The notes: generated from the letters alone by a model not told the origin. A stretch of 64,000 nt of DNA from an uncultured Chloroflexia bacterium (GCA_963724635.1 CAVRVI010000001.1:16678-80677); one strand, 5' to 3'. Shown: positions 9,411 to 21,615, counted from the stretch's first letter. Numbers and translations are program-made.

Positions 9411-10570
9411 TCAGGCCCGGCGCACGCCCGCGCGCTTCAGCGTCTCGCCGGCCACGATCTCGCGGTGGATCTGGTTCGTGCCCTCGTAGATCTGGGCGCC
9501 CTTGGCATCGCGCATCAGCCGCTCGATGCCCGTCTCGCGCGAGTAGCCGGTCGCCCCGAACAGCTGGACGGCGTCGGTCGCGACGCGCATCGCCGTGTCG
9601 GAGGCCGTCCATTTCGCGAGCGACGACGCCTCGGCGATCGACTCGCCGCGATCCTTGGCCGCGGCAGCACTGCGCGTGAGTGCCCGCGCCGCCGCCACGT
9701 CGCGGGTCATCTCGGCGAGCATGAAGCGCAGGCCCTGCTGGTCGGCGAGCGGCGCCCCGAACGCCGACCGCTCGCCGAGATACGCGCGCCGCGGCTTCCA
9801 CGCCGGACCGCGCCAGCCCCACGCACGCGGCCGCGATCGAGATGCGCCCCTCGCCCAGGGCGGACAGGGCGATCTTGTAGCCCTCGCCCTCGGCGCCCAG
9901 CCGGTTCGCGGCGGGGACCTCGCAGCCCTCGAAGATCAGTTCCGCGGCCGGGCAGGCCCGGATCCCCATCTTGCGTTCGTGCGCCCCGAACCGGAACCCG
10001 GCCATCCCCTTCTCGACGAGGAATGCCGTGATCCCGCGCGACCCGGCCTCGGGATCCAGCGTCGCGAAGACGAGGTAGCGGTCAGCCTCGGGGGCGTTGG
10101 AGATCCAGATCTTGGTCCCCGTGAGTCGATAGCCGCCGTCGACTCGCTCCGCACGCGTCCGGATCGCGGCCGCGTCGGAGCCGGCGTGGGGTTCGGTCAA
10201 CGCGAACGCCCCGAGCGCGTCACCGGCCAGCATCGCCGGCAGCCAGCGCGCCCGCTGCTCGTCCGTGCCCCAGGTCACGACCGGGTACTGCGAGAGGATG
10301 TGGACGGACAGCGATACGGCCATCGCCATGTCCACTGCGCCCAGCTCCTCCATCACCAGCGTCCAGCCGAGGTACGAGAACCCGGCACCCCCGACCGTCC
10401 GCCGGGAACGGCGCGGCCGTCAGCCCCAGCTCGCCCATCGCCGCGAACAGGGACCGGTCGTAGCGCTCTGCCTCGTCGCGCTCGATGGCACCGGGCGCCA
10501 CCTCGCGCTGGGCGAACTCGCGGGCCGTCGTCTCGAGCAGCCGTTCCTCGTCGGTCAGGGGCCAGCTCAC
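9411..10570 (-). CDS. Acyl-CoA dehydrogenase, short-chain type (indels near 9785 and 10400)
   Basis: FALTEPHAGSDAA, GTKIWISN, KMGIRA, GRISIAA, RDAKGAQIYEGTNQI. Confidence 0.9.
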
Positions 10571-10577
10571 GATCGGA

Positions 10578-11445
10578 TCAGCCCCGCGGGTAGGTGTAGA
10601 AGCCGCGCCCGGTCTTCTGGCCCAGGTGCCCGGCGGCGACGAGTTCCTCGAGGACGCGCGGCGGCCGGATCTGCTCCTGGCTCAGGCCATCCTCGAGCAC
10701 GCGGATGATGCCGAGACAGACGTCCAGGCCGATGAAGTCGGCGAGCTCCAGCGGGCCCATCGGGTGATTGAGGCCGACCCGCGCCCCGGCATCGATGTCC
10801 TCGGCGGAGCCGACGCCCTGCTCGAAGGCGCGCATCGACTCGATGAGGAACGGCATGAGGATCCGGTTCACGATGAATCCCGGGCGGTCGGCCGAGACGA
10901 TGACCTGCTTGTCGAGCTCCGACGGCGACCCCCCGAACGGTCTCGACCGTCTCGTCGGCCGTCTCGTTGGCGCGGATCAGCTCGATGAGCGGCATCACCG
11001 GCACCGGGCTGAAGAAGTGCATGCCGATGAACCGCTTGCGCCGCGTCCGTTCGACGGCCTCCGCCAATCGATGGATCGCGATCGAGCTCGTGTTCGTGGC
11101 GAAGATCGCCTCGCCTGGCGCCAGGCGGTCGATGGCGCGCCAGACATCGTGCTTGACCTTGAGGTCCTCGAATACGGCCTCGATCACGAGGTCCGCGTCG
11201 CGGGTGTCGGCGAGGTCGGCGGTGATCTGGATCCGCTCGAGCGTCGCGTCGCGATCCGCGACGGAGAGCCGGCCCTTGTCGAGCGCTCGTTGCAGGTTGC
11301 CGGCGATCCGCTCGCGGCCGGCCTCGGCGCGGGCCAGGTCCGGTTCGTACAGGGTCACGTCCTTGCCCACCGCGGCATGGACCTGGGCGATGCCATGGCC
11401 CATCATCCCGGCGCCGACGACGAAGACGCGCTGGATCGACTGCAT
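10578..11445 (-). CDS. hbd: 3-hydroxybutyryl-CoA dehydrogenase (indel near 10925)
   Basis: VVGAGMMGHGIA, IEAVFEDL, ATNTSS, GMHFFSPVP, NHPMGPLELADFIGLD. Confidence 0.9.
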
Positions 11446-11512
11446 GCCCGAAGTGTAGGCCGGGCCGGGCGCGCGCCGAGGCCTGTGCCGTGCCGGGCCT
11501 GCGGCAGCCCTC

Positions 11513-11529
11513 GGCACATAACGTGTGCC
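11513..11529. promoter_or_regulatory. Possible operator palindrome upstream of the hbd-acd-thiolase genes
   Basis: GGCACA-TAACG-TGTGCC in the intergenic gap. Confidence 0.3.
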
Positions 11530-11573
11530 AACCTCGACTCGGGCGGCCGTTTGCAGTGACGAGACCTGCCCCG

Positions 11574-12800
11574 TCAGGCCTCGGCGACCGGCGCCGCGGC
11601 ACGTCCATCATCGTCAACGACCGCCGCCGCAGCGCGATCGTACCGGCGCCCATCGCCGCGACCGCGGCCGACAGCAGGAACGCGGCCGGGAACCCGCTCG
11701 CATCGACCACGACGCCCAGCACCGCCGGCGCCACCCCGAACGACAGGTCCAGGAACGCGCTCGTCGTCCCGACGACCGAGCCGCGCTCCGTCTCGTCCAC
11801 GCGCGACACGGCAACGGCGATCAGCGCCGGGAACATGAACGCGATCCCGACCGCAAAGATCGCCGTCCCGATGAGCAGCCCCGCCTCCCCCGGCACGATC
11901 CCGATGAAGGCCAGCCCGATGGCCGTCACGGTCAGTGCCGCTCCCGCCAGGCGAGCCGGCCCCATCCGATCGGGCAGCGACGCGAACGCGATGCGCAGGA
12001 CCACGACGATGATCGCGTACAGCGCCAGGGGCAGCCCGGCCGTCGACATCCCCACGTCGGTCGCCACCAGGGCGACGAACGCGAAGAACCCCGCCATCCC
12101 CCACGCGCCGGTGAGGACCAGGAGTCCCGGCAGGACGCCGGCCGGGTGGAACAGGCGTCCGCGCGGTCGCGGTCCGTCCCCGGCGGCCAGCACGCCCGGC
12201 GCCGACTCGCGCACGAACACGGCGAGCACGGTCGCCAAGACGGCCATCGCGGCCGCCGCCATCCAGACGGCGTCATAACCGGCCGCGGCCAGCACCGTCT
12301 CGCCGATGAACGGACCGACGGCCAGTCCGAGGTAGACCGACAACGACCCCAGGTTGATCGCCTCACCGCGCCGTTCCGGTGGCGCAAGATCGGTGATGGT
12401 CGCGAGCGCGGCGACGAAGAAGAACGCCTCCCCGATGCCGAGCAGCGAGCGCACCACCACGAACGCGGGCAGCGTCGTGGCCGCGAGGTGGGCGACCAGG
12501 GCGACGATGGTGATGACCCCGCCCAGGAGCAACAACGGACGACGCCCGAACCGATCGGACGCCCAGCCCACGACCGGGCGCAGCGCAAGGGCTGCGATCG
12601 AGAACGCGCCGATGCTCAGGCCAACGCCGGTCACGTCCGCCCCGAGCGGTCCCGCGGCGAACCGCGTCGCCACGGGGAGCACCGTCCCGCCCGCGGTGAA
12701 GAACGCCAGGGCTGCCGCGCAGACCGCCAGGAACGCGGGCGTCAGGAGTCGGCGGCGCCGCCATCGATCCGTCCTCGGCGGCCGCCACGCGCCCGCTCAC
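11574..12800 (-). CDS. MFS transporter (indels near both ends)
   Basis: GWASDRFGRR MFS motif A, about 12 hydrophobic segments; GTG overlaps the meaB stop. Confidence 0.88.
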
Positions 12801-13812
12801 CCGGTCGTCCGGATCATCGCCTCCAGGAGGCGGTCGGCAGCGGCATACGGGTCGAGGCGATGTTCGGCGACCTCGGTCGACGACGGACTCGTTCAGCGCC
12901 GCGAGCTCGGCACCACGGAGCCGGTCGGCCAGGCGGTCGGCGAGCACGGCCCGCACCTGCGCCGTGGCCCGCATCCGGCGGGCGGCGCCCGTCACGCCGT
13001 CCCGGTCCGACGAACGATGCCGGTCCAGCGCCACGAGGAGCTCCGGCACCCCGACACCTGTCGAGGCCGTCGTGACCAGGACCTCGGGGCGTTTCGGCCG
13101 CGGGCGATCGGTCTCCGTCCGCCCGACCGACGGGGCGAGCATCGCGCGGAGCTGGGCGGCCGTCCGCAGCGCGCCCGGCTTGTCGCCCTTGTTCACGACC
13201 ACGAGGTCGGCGACCTCGAGCAGACCGGCCTTGATGGCCTGGACCTCGTCGCCCATCTCGGGCGCCTCCAGCACGACCGTCGTGTCGGCCGCGGCCGCGA
13301 CCTCGACCTCGCTCTGGCCCGTCCCGACCGTCTCGATGAGGACGAGGTCGAAGCCCGCCGCGTCCAGCACGGCCGCTGCCGAGGTCGTCGTCGACGCGAG
13401 GCCACCGGCATGGCCGCGCGACGCCATCGATCGGATGAAGACGTCGCTGTCGCCGGCGTACGCCTGCATGCGCACGCGATCGCCCAGCAGGGCGCCACCG
13501 GTGATCGGCGACGACGGGTCCACGGCCACGACGGCCACCGGTCGGCCAGCGGCGCGGACCTCGGCCAGGAGCGCGGCGACGAGCGTCGACTTGTCCGGCC
13601 CCCGGTGGACCGGTGATCCCCACGACGTGGGCCCGACCCGCCATCGGATAGAGCCGCCGGAGCGCGGCCTCCGCGACCGGCGTCCGATTCTCGACCGCGG
13701 TCAGCAGCCGGGCCAGGGCGAGTCGATCGCCGGCGATCGCGGCATCCGCGAGGGCCTCGGCGCGAGCGGCCGCCGCCGGATCGCCGGCCTGGGCAGCCGG
13801 TTCCTGCCCCAC
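12797..13812 (-). CDS. meaB: MeaB/ArgK-family G-protein chaperone of B12 mutases (indel near 13600)
   Basis: VGITGPPGAG(K), AVDPSSP.TGGALLGDRVRM, ETVGTGQSE, GDEVQAIKAG, NKGD. Confidence 0.9.
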
Positions 13813-13813
13813 G

Positions 13814-14218
13814 TCAGTCGCGCGGTCGCGCGTTGGTCCGCAGGAACTCGGCGACGGACGCGATCGTGGTACCCGGCCCGAAGACCGCCGCGACACCGGC
13901 CGCCTTGAGGGCCGGGACATCGTCGTCGGGGATGATCCCGCCGACCGTCACGAGGACGTCGCCCATGCCCTGCTCGCCGAGGAGCTTGGTGATGCGTGGC
14001 ACGAGCGTCATGTGGGCGCCCGACAGGATGGATAGCCCGACCACGTCGACGTCCTCCTGGAGGGCGGCCGTGGCGACCATCTCGGGCGTCTGGCGGAGGC
14101 CCGTGTAGACGACCTCGAACCCTTCGTCCCGCAGGCCACGGGCGAGCACCTTGGCGCCCCGGTCGTGGCCGTCGAGGCCGGGCTTGGCGATGAGGACCTT
14201 GAGCGGTCGGTCGGACAT
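13814..14218 (-). CDS. Acyl-CoA mutase small (cobalamin-binding) subunit
   Basis: [15 protein letters not shown] (DxHxxG), [14 protein letters not shown]. Confidence 0.93.
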   Translation of the reverse strand: MSDRPLKVLIAKPGLDGHDRGAKVLARGLRDEGFEVVYTGLRQTPEMVATAALQEDVDVVGLSILSGAHMTLVPRITKLLGEQGMGDVLVTVGGIIPDDDVPALKAAGVAAVFGPGTTIASVAEFLRTNARPRD

Positions 14219-14276
14219 GTCGCGTATCGTACTGCCGACCGACCGCCCTCCGGTCACGGTTCCGGGAGCCGCGGCG

Positions 14277-15093
14277 CTAGGCGATGGCCCGCCCGAACGA
14301 GCGCGCCGCCAGCCACACGGCGAACACAGCGAGCACGCTGGTGATGGTGACCCCGATCATGATCTCGGGGTTGCCCCAGTCCCCGTTGAACAACGCGCGT
14401 GCCGCGTCCACCACATGGGTCAGCGGATTGAGCGTGCTCAGGAACTGGAGCCAATCGGGGGCCAGCGCCATCGGCAACAGGATGCCCGACAGCAGGAGCA
14501 GGGGCATCGCGACCGCGTTCACGAGCGGAGCGAAGGCGTCCTCGCTGCGCAGGGTCAGCGCCCCGACATACGACAGCGGGGCCATGACGAGCCCGACCAG
14601 AACCAGCAACGCGAGGACCACCGGGATCCCGGCCGCCTCGACATCGAGTCCCAGCGGGATCGCCAGGGCGATCAGCAGGATCGCCTGGAAGAGCAGGATC
14701 GACGATGTCCCGCAGCGACCGACCCAGCAGCATCGCGGTCCGGCTCATCGGGGTGACCCGCATCCGCTCGATGACCCCGCTGCGCAGCTCGGCGATGAGG
14801 CCGAATCCGACGAAGGCCGTGCCGAAGACCGCGACCTGGATGAGCAGGCCGGGCACGAACCAGTTGAAGGCGTTCGTGCCGGTCCCGGCCGCCTGCGTGG
14901 CGCCTTCCAGCAATGGCCCGAACAGGAACAGGTACAGCAGCGGCAGCATCATCCCGAACAGGATCCACGTCGGCTGACGGATGGTCAGCCAGAGCGATCG
15001 ATGGAAGATGAGCCAGGTATCGCGGAGCGTCTTCACGATGGGATGCCTCGTGGTGGAGATGCGAACGTCGGGGACGGCGACGACGGCGCTCAT
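14277..15093 (-). CDS. ABC-2 exporter permease, DrrB-like (indel near 14700)
   Basis: [43 protein letters not shown]. Confidence 0.88.
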
Positions 15094-16070
15094 GCCGCGG
15101 CCTCGTCGCGCAGCGACCGGCCGGTCTGACGCAGGAAGACGTCATCCAGGCTGGGCCGGGTGAGCGAGATCGAGCGCGCCGTGAGGCCCGCCGCGTCCAG
15201 GAGTCGAAGGACCTGCGGGACGGCGGTCTCGCCGTGGTCCACGTACAGGCGGATGAGCTCCTCTTCGGCATTCGCCTCGCGGACATAGGGCTGCTCGCGG
15301 AGCGTCGCGAGCACCACCTCGCGGTCGCCATCGACGCCGACGGTGACGACATCGCCCGCGACCTGCCGCTTCAGCTCGTCCGCGGTGCCCTCGGCGACGA
15401 TCCTGCCGTGGTCGATGATGGCGAGCCGATCGGCGAGGGCGTCGGCCTCCTCGAGGTAGTGCGTGGTCAGGAAGACGGTCGTCCCGAGCTCGCGGAGTCC
15501 GCGGATCTCGTCCCACATCCGGGCGCGCGCCTGGGGATCCAGGCCCGTCGTCGGCTCGTCGAGGAACAGCACCGCCGGTCGATGGACGATGCCCAGGCCG
15601 ATGTCCAGCCGGCGGCGCATCCCGCCCGAGTACGTGCCGGTGTACCGGTCCGCGGCCGATTCCAGGTCCAGCGCGGCCAGGACCTCCTTGGCCCGAGCCT
15701 GCGCGCCCGCCCGGTCGAACCCGTACAGCCGGGCCTGGAGGATCAGCTCCCCGCGGCCCGTCTCAGCCGGATCGGTGGAGCCGCCCTGGGGCACGTACCC
15801 GATCCGCTCCCGGACGAGCGCCGGCTGGCGACGCAGGTCCGCTCCCGCGACCGTCGCGGTCCCGCTGGTGGGCGGCAACAAGGTCGCGAGCATCCGGAGC
15901 GTCGTCGTCTTCCCTGCGCCGTTCGGCCCGAGGAACCCGAAGATCTCCCCCGCCCCCACTCGCAGGTCGACGCCGGCGACCGCCTCGACCACGCTGCCGC
16001 GACCCCTGAAGGTGCGACGCAGGTCGTTGGTCTCGATGATCGGGTCGCTCGACCCGCTCAGACCGTCCAT
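15090..16070 (-). CDS. ABC exporter ATP-binding subunit, DrrA-like
   Basis: GPNGAGKT, YSGGMRRR, LFLDEPTTGLD, TTHY. Confidence 0.93.
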   Translation of the reverse strand: MDGLSGSSDPIIETNDLRRTFRGRGSVVEAVAGVDLRVGAGEIFGFLGPNGAGKTTTLRMLATLLPPTSGTATVAGADLRRQPALVRERIGYVPQGGSTDPAETGRGELILQARLYGFDRAGAQARAKEVLAALDLESAADRYTGTYSGGMRRRLDIGLGIVHRPAVLFLDEPTTGLDPQARARMWDEIRGLRELGTTVFLTTHYLEEADALADRLAIIDHGRIVAEGTADELKRQVAGDVVTVGVDGDREVVLATLREQPYVREANAEEELIRLYVDHGETAVPQVLRLLDAAGLTARSISLTRPSLDDVFLRQTGRSLRDEAAA

Positions 16071-16135
16071 CCGATGACCTCCAGTGCCCTATCCTGCTCC
16101 CAGCGACACTTGCGCCGTTCAACGTTATCGGGCAT

Positions 16136-16154
16136 TATCTGCTCAGCGCAGATA
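16136..16154. promoter_or_regulatory. Candidate MarR operator between the divergent exporter and marR
   Basis: TATCTGC-TCAGC-GCAGATA palindrome. Confidence 0.55.
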
Positions 16155-16181
16155 TTTACCGACGCAGGAGCACCTGTCAAC

Positions 16182-17268
16182 ATGGATCGCGATCAGGCCG
16201 TCGAATCGGTCGTCAAGGCCCTTCGCCGGGTCAACTTCCAGGGCTCGATCTTCGGGCAGTCCGTCGCGCTGCGGCTCGGCCTCTCGGAGTCGGACATCGA
16301 CGCCCTCGAGCTGCTGCTGGACACCGGCGCCTCCACCGCGGGCAAGCTCGCCGAGGTCCTCGGCATGACGACAGGCGCGGTGACGCGCGTCATCGACCGG
16401 CTGGAGCAAGCGGGCTACGTGCGCCGGACGACCGACCCGGCCGATCGGCGGCGGGTCATCATCGAGGCCGTCCCCGAGCGCGCCCAAACCCTCGAATCGA
16501 TGCTCGGCGCGCTCGAGCGCGCCGCTCAGGACGAGGTCGACCAGTACACCCCCGAGCAGCTGGCGCTGATCAGCCGAGTTCCTGGGGCGTATGGCCGACC
16601 TGACCCAGACCGAGGCTGCGCGGCTGCGGACGACCGGGGACGATCCCACGGTGGCGGGTGGGCCGGCGGAACACGCTGCCCCACTGGGCGGCCTCACGGA
16701 GGCTCGGCTCACGTTCCGGGCCGGTGTCCAGGACCTGCGCATCCGCGCGGGTCGCGACACGCCCGACCTGTATCGCGGCCAATTCGACGGGGCGACGCCG
16801 CAGATCCGCGTCCGCGACGGCCGGGTGCTCGTGCAGTACCGCGGCATCCCGTTCGACTGGCGGAAGCGGACCGCCACGATCGCGCTCAACCCGGCCATCC
16901 CGTGGACGGTCGAGGTCCAGGGCGGAGTCAACCGCCTCGAGGCCGACCTCCGGGAGTTCGACCTGCGGCGCTTCGAGTTCAGCGGTGGTTCCGAGCGCTT
17001 CCAGCTGGAGCTCGGCCAGCCCAGCGGACCGGTGCCGGTGCGACTGGTCGGCGGGTCACGCACGGTCCGCATCGAGCGACCCCGTGGCGTGCCGGCGTCG
17101 ATCCACCTCCAGGGCGGCGTGAACCTGCTCGAGATCGATGGCAAGGTGCTCGGGCAGAAGGGCGGGGATCTCCGGTTCTCGGCCGGTCAGCCACAGGGCG
17201 CCCAGGATCAATTCGATATCGAGATCGTCGGCGGGACGCGGGCCGTCACGGTCGTCGAGCAGGGCTGA
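16182..17268 (+). CDS. MarR-family regulator fused to a beta-rich C-terminal domain (indel near 16575)
   Basis: GAVTRVIDRLEQAGYVRRTTDPADRRRV winged helix; removing one C restores LALISEFLGRMADL into the 16591-17268 frame. Confidence 0.8.
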
Positions 17269-17297
17269 GCGCGGCGCGGCGGACGTGCCGCCGCTGG

Positions 17298-17987
17298 TCA
17301 GGCCTCGGGGGCGCGCCGGGCGAGGTGGTCCAGGAACTCGGAGCGGGTGCGATCGCGGGTCCGGAACAACCCAAGCACGGACGACGTGGTCATCACCATC
17401 CCGGGCTTGCGGACCCCGCGCATGACCGCGCAGAGGTGGGTGGCCTCCATGACCACGCCCACGCCCTGGGGCTGCAGGTTGTCCTGCAGGAACTCGGCGA
17501 TCTGCTGGGTGAGGCGCTCCTGGACCTGCAGCCGCCGCGCGTACATCTCCACGATCCGCGGGATCTTGGACAGCCCGATGACCCGGCCGCGCGGGATGTA
17601 CGCGACCGCCGCCGTCCCGAAGAACGGCAGCAGGTGGTGTTCGCACAGCGAGTAGAACGGGATGTCCTTGACGATGACCATCTCGCTGTAGGCCACGTCG
17701 AAGACGGCCCCGTTGATGAGTCGCTCGGGGTCCACGTGGTAGCCGGCGGTCAGTTCCGTGTACATCCGGTGCACGCGTTCGGGCGTCCCCTGGAGACCCT
17801 GGCGATCCGGGTCCTCGCCGATCTCCACGAGGATCTGGTGGACCGCGGCCTCCACGCGGCCGTTGCCGTCGTGCCGGCCGGCCCCTTCGATGGCGGTCGG
17901 GGCGCTGGCCGGATCCTCGCCGATCTCGTTCTCGATCTCGTCGACGATGGCGCGGACGTGGCTGGGCAGGTCGGTCGAGCTGGACAT
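17298..17987 (-). CDS. folE: GTP cyclohydrolase I
   Basis: [40 protein letters not shown]. Confidence 0.95.
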   Translation of the reverse strand: MSSSTDLPSHVRAIVDEIENEIGEDPASAPTAIEGAGRHDGNGRVEAAVHQILVEIGEDPDRQGLQGTPERVHRMYTELTAGYHVDPERLINGAVFDVAYSEMVIVKDIPFYSLCEHHLLPFFGTAAVAYIPRGRVIGLSKIPRIVEMYARRLQVQERLTQQIAEFLQDNLQPQGVGVVMEATHLCAVMRGVRKPGMVMTTSSVLGLFRTRDRTRSEFLDHLARRAPEA

Positions 17988-18019
17988 GGGCCGGATGGTA
18001 CGCCGAAACCTCGCGGGGC

Positions 18020-19141
18020 CTAGACGACGCTGCCACCTGGCGTGAACCCGACGGCCGGCAGCGGCTCGAACGGGCGGCCCTCTGCGCCGCGCAGCCACGC
18101 CCGGGCATTCTCGCCGAGCGATGGGCGGTGGTAGCCGCCCTCCTGGAGGACCACGAGACGGCGACCCAGCGCCGCGACGCGCCGGCCGACCTCGTGGTAG
18201 ACATCGGTGGTCAGTGCGAACGTCGCCGATCGGATCCAGCCCGTACGTGTCGAACCCGAGCGACACGACGACGACCGGTACCGGGCACGGCGGCGATCGC
18301 CTCGCAGGCGCGATCGACTGCCACGAGGTAGTCCGCGTTGGTCGCGCCCGCTGGGCAGCGGGAGGTTCAGGTTCTCGCCGCTCCCCTCCCCTTCCCCCGT
18401 CTCGTCCTCGCGACCCAGGAAATACGGGTACTGCCGGTCGGGGTGGGCGTGGATGGAGACGTAGCGCACGTCACCGCGACGCCAGAAGATCTGCTGCGAC
18501 CCGTTGCCGTGGTGGTAATCGACGTCGAGGATCGCGACCCGCTCGCCGGTCCGGGCCGTGATCGCCTCGGCCGCGATGGCCGCGTTGTTGAAGAAGCAGT
18601 AGCCGCCGTACATGGAGCGTGCGGCGTGGTGACCGGGTGGCCGGCACAGTCCGTAGGCCGCCTGCGCGCCGCCATCGAGGACGAGGTCGACGGTGGTCAG
18701 CGCCACGTCCACGGCACCGCGCGCGGCCACGTACGTGCCGGCGACCAGGGGCGCGGCCGAATCGAGGCCCCAGAAACCGGCCCGGCCGCCGATGAACTCC
18801 GGCTCGCGCACGTGGCGCGCGACCGCGTCGTCGGTCATCCCCTCGAACATCGACCGGTTGGGGTACGTGTCCGCCGTCAGGAATGGTCGCGGGACTCCCT
18901 GCCGCCGGACCTCGGACCAGGCTTCCTCGAGGAATCGGACGAGACCAGGATCGTGGACTGCGGTGATCGGCGCCTCCCCGTGCTCGGTGGACTCCGATCG
19001 CGGGAACCCGCCGTCGGCATCGAGGGCGAGGCGGATGATCTCCGCCCGCTCGGCGACCTCGTTGGCGGGCACCAGGACGCCCATGAACGTCTCGTGGGTG
19101 ATGTCGTGACCGAGATGCGACGGCGAGTAGACGACCTGCAT
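18020..19141 (-). CDS. Histone-deacetylase-family protein, acetylpolyamine amidohydrolase-like (compensating indels ~18240-18350)
   Basis: [34 protein letters not shown]. Confidence 0.88.
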   Translation of the reverse strand: MQVVYSPSHLGHDITHETFMGVLVPANEVAERAEIIRLALDADGGFPRSESTEHGEAPITAVHDPGLVRFLEEAWSEVRRQGVPRPFLTADTYPNRSMFEGMTDDAVARHVREPEFIGGRAGFWGLDSAAPLVAGTYVAARGAVDVALTTVDLVLDGGAQAAYGLCRPPGHHAARSMYGGYCFFNNAAIAAEAITARTGERVAILDVDYHHGNGSQQIFWRRGDVRYVSIHAHPDRQYPYFLGREDETGEGEGSGENLNLPLPSGRDQRGLPRGSRSRLRGDRRRARYRSSSCRSGSTRTGWIRSATFALTTDVYHEVGRRVAALGRRLVVLQEGGYHRPSLGENARAWLRGAEGRPFEPLPAVGFTPGGSVV

Positions 19142-19151
19142 CGGGACCTCG

Positions 19152-20069
19152 TCAGGTGGGAATGGCCAGGATCGCGGCGGTGACGTCCTCGGGACGGTAG
19201 CGCATCAGGTTGTGCCCCACCGAGTCGAAGGACACCACCGGGATCGATGACCGACCGGCCGCGACCCGCGCGGCGGAGGCGGCGGCGAGTGACGCGGCCC
19301 GCGAGCCCTCCGCGTCGTCGCGGGCCAGGAGCGCGGAGACCGCGGCCGGGGCGGCGATCAGGCGCGCGATCGGGTCGTAGGTGAACATGGCGCGGACGCA
19401 CGCCTCTAGGGCATGCGGGCGCGTGGCCGGGACCACCCGCCCGGCGTGGGTCTCGACGACCGTCGCGCGGGCCGCCACGTCCTGGTCCTCGTCCCAGCTG
19501 GAGGGGTCGAAGCCCTTGCGGTCGGCCAGGAAGGCGCGCAGTGAACGCATGACCTCGGGCGGTTCGTCGAGGCCGCGCAGGAACTCGTCGGCATCCATGC
19601 CGAGGGACGCTTCCGCCGCCTCCCAGCCCCCATCGACGAGGACGACGCCAGCACAGCGCTCGCCCAGGGCCGCGGCGGCGAGGACCGCGACCATCGCGCC
19701 GAATCCGTGGCCGGCGAGCACGACCCGTGTCCGCCCGGCATCCAGCAATCCCGAGCCCTCCGCGACGGCGATCGCGTCCTCGGCCAGGATCGGGAGGTCA
19801 TAGGCCCCGTCCTCGGTCGGGGCGTCGGACAGGCCATGACCGCGGAGGTCCATCGCGACGGTCGCCCGCGCATGCTCGCCCGCCGCCAGCCGACGCGCGA
19901 CCGGCGCCCAGATCCAGGCGGTCTGCGACAGGCCGTGGATGAGCAGAGCGCCCGGCGGCGTGGACCCCGCCACGACGGCACCCGGCGTGGCGCCCCCGCC
20001 CCAATCGAGGAAGTGGATCCGGTCGCCCGGGTCCACGGTCACCACATAGCCAGCCGGTCCATCCGTCAC
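19152..20069 (-). CDS. Alpha/beta-hydrolase-fold protein
   Basis: LIHGLS, DLRGHGLSD; the nucleophile elbow reads GHGFG rather than GxSxG. Confidence 0.8.
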   Translation of the reverse strand: MTDGPAGYVVTVDPGDRIHFLDWGGGATPGAVVAGSTPPGALLIHGLSQTAWIWAPVARRLAAGEHARATVAMDLRGHGLSDAPTEDGAYDLPILAEDAIAVAEGSGLLDAGRTRVVLAGHGFGAMVAVLAAAALGERCAGVVLVDGGWEAAEASLGMDADEFLRGLDEPPEVMRSLRAFLADRKGFDPSSWDEDQDVAARATVVETHAGRVVPATRPHALEACVRAMFTYDPIARLIAAPAAVSALLARDDAEGSRAASLAAASAARVAAGRSSIPVVSFDSVGHNLMRYRPEDVTAAILAIPT

Positions 20070-20088
20070 GCCCGTAGGATACGGACGC

Positions 20089-20508
20089 ATGACCAAGCGC
20101 CGTCGCGGTTCGCGGACCGCCCGACTCCAGCCACGCCGCCCCGCTCGCCACCGTCCGTTCGAGACGCTCGTCGACGAGGCGCTCGCGACCATCCCGATGC
20201 CGTTCGCGGCCGCCCTTGACGAGGTCGCCATCGTCATCGCGGACGAGCCGACACCCGACCAGCTGGGCGAGAACGAGGTCCCGTCCGACGACGCGCTCTA
20301 CGGGCTCTACGAGGGCGTGCCCCGGACCGAGTGGGGCGCCGACTGGGCCGCGATGCCCAACCGCATCACGCTGTTCCGGCTCCCCCTCGAAGCGGACTTC
20401 CCGGACCCGGATGAACTGGCCGACGAGGTCTGGATCACCGTGGTCCATGAGCTCGCCCACCATCTGGGCATCGATGACGACCGGCTCCACGAGCTCGGCG
20501 TGGACTGA
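20089..20508 (+). CDS. Zincin-like metallopeptidase family protein
   Basis: LYGLYEGVP, NRITLFR, TVVHELAHHLGIDD (HExxH). Confidence 0.88.
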   Translation: MTKRRRGSRTARLQPRRPARHRPFETLVDEALATIPMPFAAALDEVAIVIADEPTPDQLGENEVPSDDALYGLYEGVPRTEWGADWAAMPNRITLFRLPLEADFPDPDELADEVWITVVHELAHHLGIDDDRLHELGVD

Positions 20509-20523
20509 TCGAGGTTCGATCCG

Positions 20524-21615
20524 TCAGGCGGTGAACGCCGCCACCGCGATCGCCAGGATCCCGGCGCCGATGGCGAACCCGGCCAGCATCGGGCGGGTCC
20601 AGGTCCGAAACCGCCGGACGCCGGGACGAGGTGGGGCATCCGGGTCGTCACGACCGCCGGGCCGCACGTGCTCGAGCCCGAGCGTCGCGTGCGTCAGTCC
20701 GACGAACATCACGACCTGCGGCGCGACGGTGATCCCGATCACGGTGTAGATGAGCGTGCCGAACGCGAACACGGCCGCCACGATGCCGCCGGTCATCACG
20801 GCCAGCCCCAGCGGGCCGGACTCCACGCCGAGACCCAGGGCGTCCAGCACCCGGATCGCGACGTCCAGCCCGACCGAGATCCCGAGGTAGATCAGCAGGA
20901 TGGCCACGGTCTCGAACGTGACGATCAGCGCGGCCGCCAGCTTGCGGGCCCCGAAGACGCGGAAGGAGCGGCGGACGGCCTCGACGGGATCGACGTCGCC
21001 CAGGACGACGCCCGCGAGCACGTAGGCGAACGGTGACCCGAGCGTGGCGGTGACGAGGGTCGTCGTGATGACCGAGAGATCGGCCGCCTCGCCGAGGATC
21101 GGCATCACGATCTCACCCACGACCGCCTGCGCGATCGCCAGCGGGATGGCCACGATGATCGCGACCAGCACGGCCGACCAGAAGACCCGCCGTGAGCGGG
21201 CGAGCGCTTGGCGCGGGGTGATGGGCCGGCCGGCCATCTGGCCACCCAGCAGGCCGGCCGCGATCGTCCGGCTCTCCACGGCAGCGACGATCAGGCCGGC
21301 GAACGCGAGGACCGCGGCGAGCGACAGCGCCACCCCGCCACCGCCCAGCAGAGCGGCCTCCATCTGTTCGGGGGTGCGATCGACCGCCACGACCTCGATG
21401 GCCCACGTCGCCAAGGCCAGCGGTCCCATCGTCCCCAGCACGATCGAGCCGATGTAGAACGAGGCCCGTCGCATGTCCTGACTGGACCGACCGAGCAGAT
21501 CGAAGGCGACCGACAGGAGGCGTCGGGTGGTGGCGAGTTCGATGGATGCGGCGGGCGATGGCGGCGCGGGCGGCGCCGGGACGACCGGCTCGGCTGTGGC
21601 GGGTTCCTCCGTCAC
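20524..21615 (-). CDS. Polytopic membrane protein of unknown function
   Basis: Multiple hydrophobic helices; GTG overlaps the upstream dehydratase stop. Confidence 0.7.
   Translation of the reverse strand: MTEEPATAEPVVPAPPAPPSPAASIELATTRRLLSVAFDLLGRSSQDMRRASFYIGSIVLGTMGPLALATWAIEVVAVDRTPEQMEAALLGGGGVALSLAAVLAFAGLIVAAVESRTIAAGLLGGQMAGRPITPRQALARSRRVFWSAVLVAIIVAIPLAIAQAVVGEIVMPILGEAADLSVITTTLVTATLGSPFAYVLAGVVLGDVDPVEAVRRSFRVFGARKLAAALIVTFETVAILLIYLGISVGLDVAIRVLDALGLGVESGPLGLAVMTGGIVAAVFAFGTLIYTVIGITVAPQVVMFVGLTHATLGLEHVRPGGRDDPDAPPRPGVRRFRTWTRPMLAGFAIGAGILAIAVAAFTA

Noticed and set aside
15234-18023. 929-aa plus-strand ORF and similar long ORFs (33604-35886, 53812-55164, 47215-48603, 26093-27862, 48976-50169)
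   Set aside because: They are antisense or alternate-frame shadows of real genes; high GC suppresses stop codons and the translations have no recognisable motifs.
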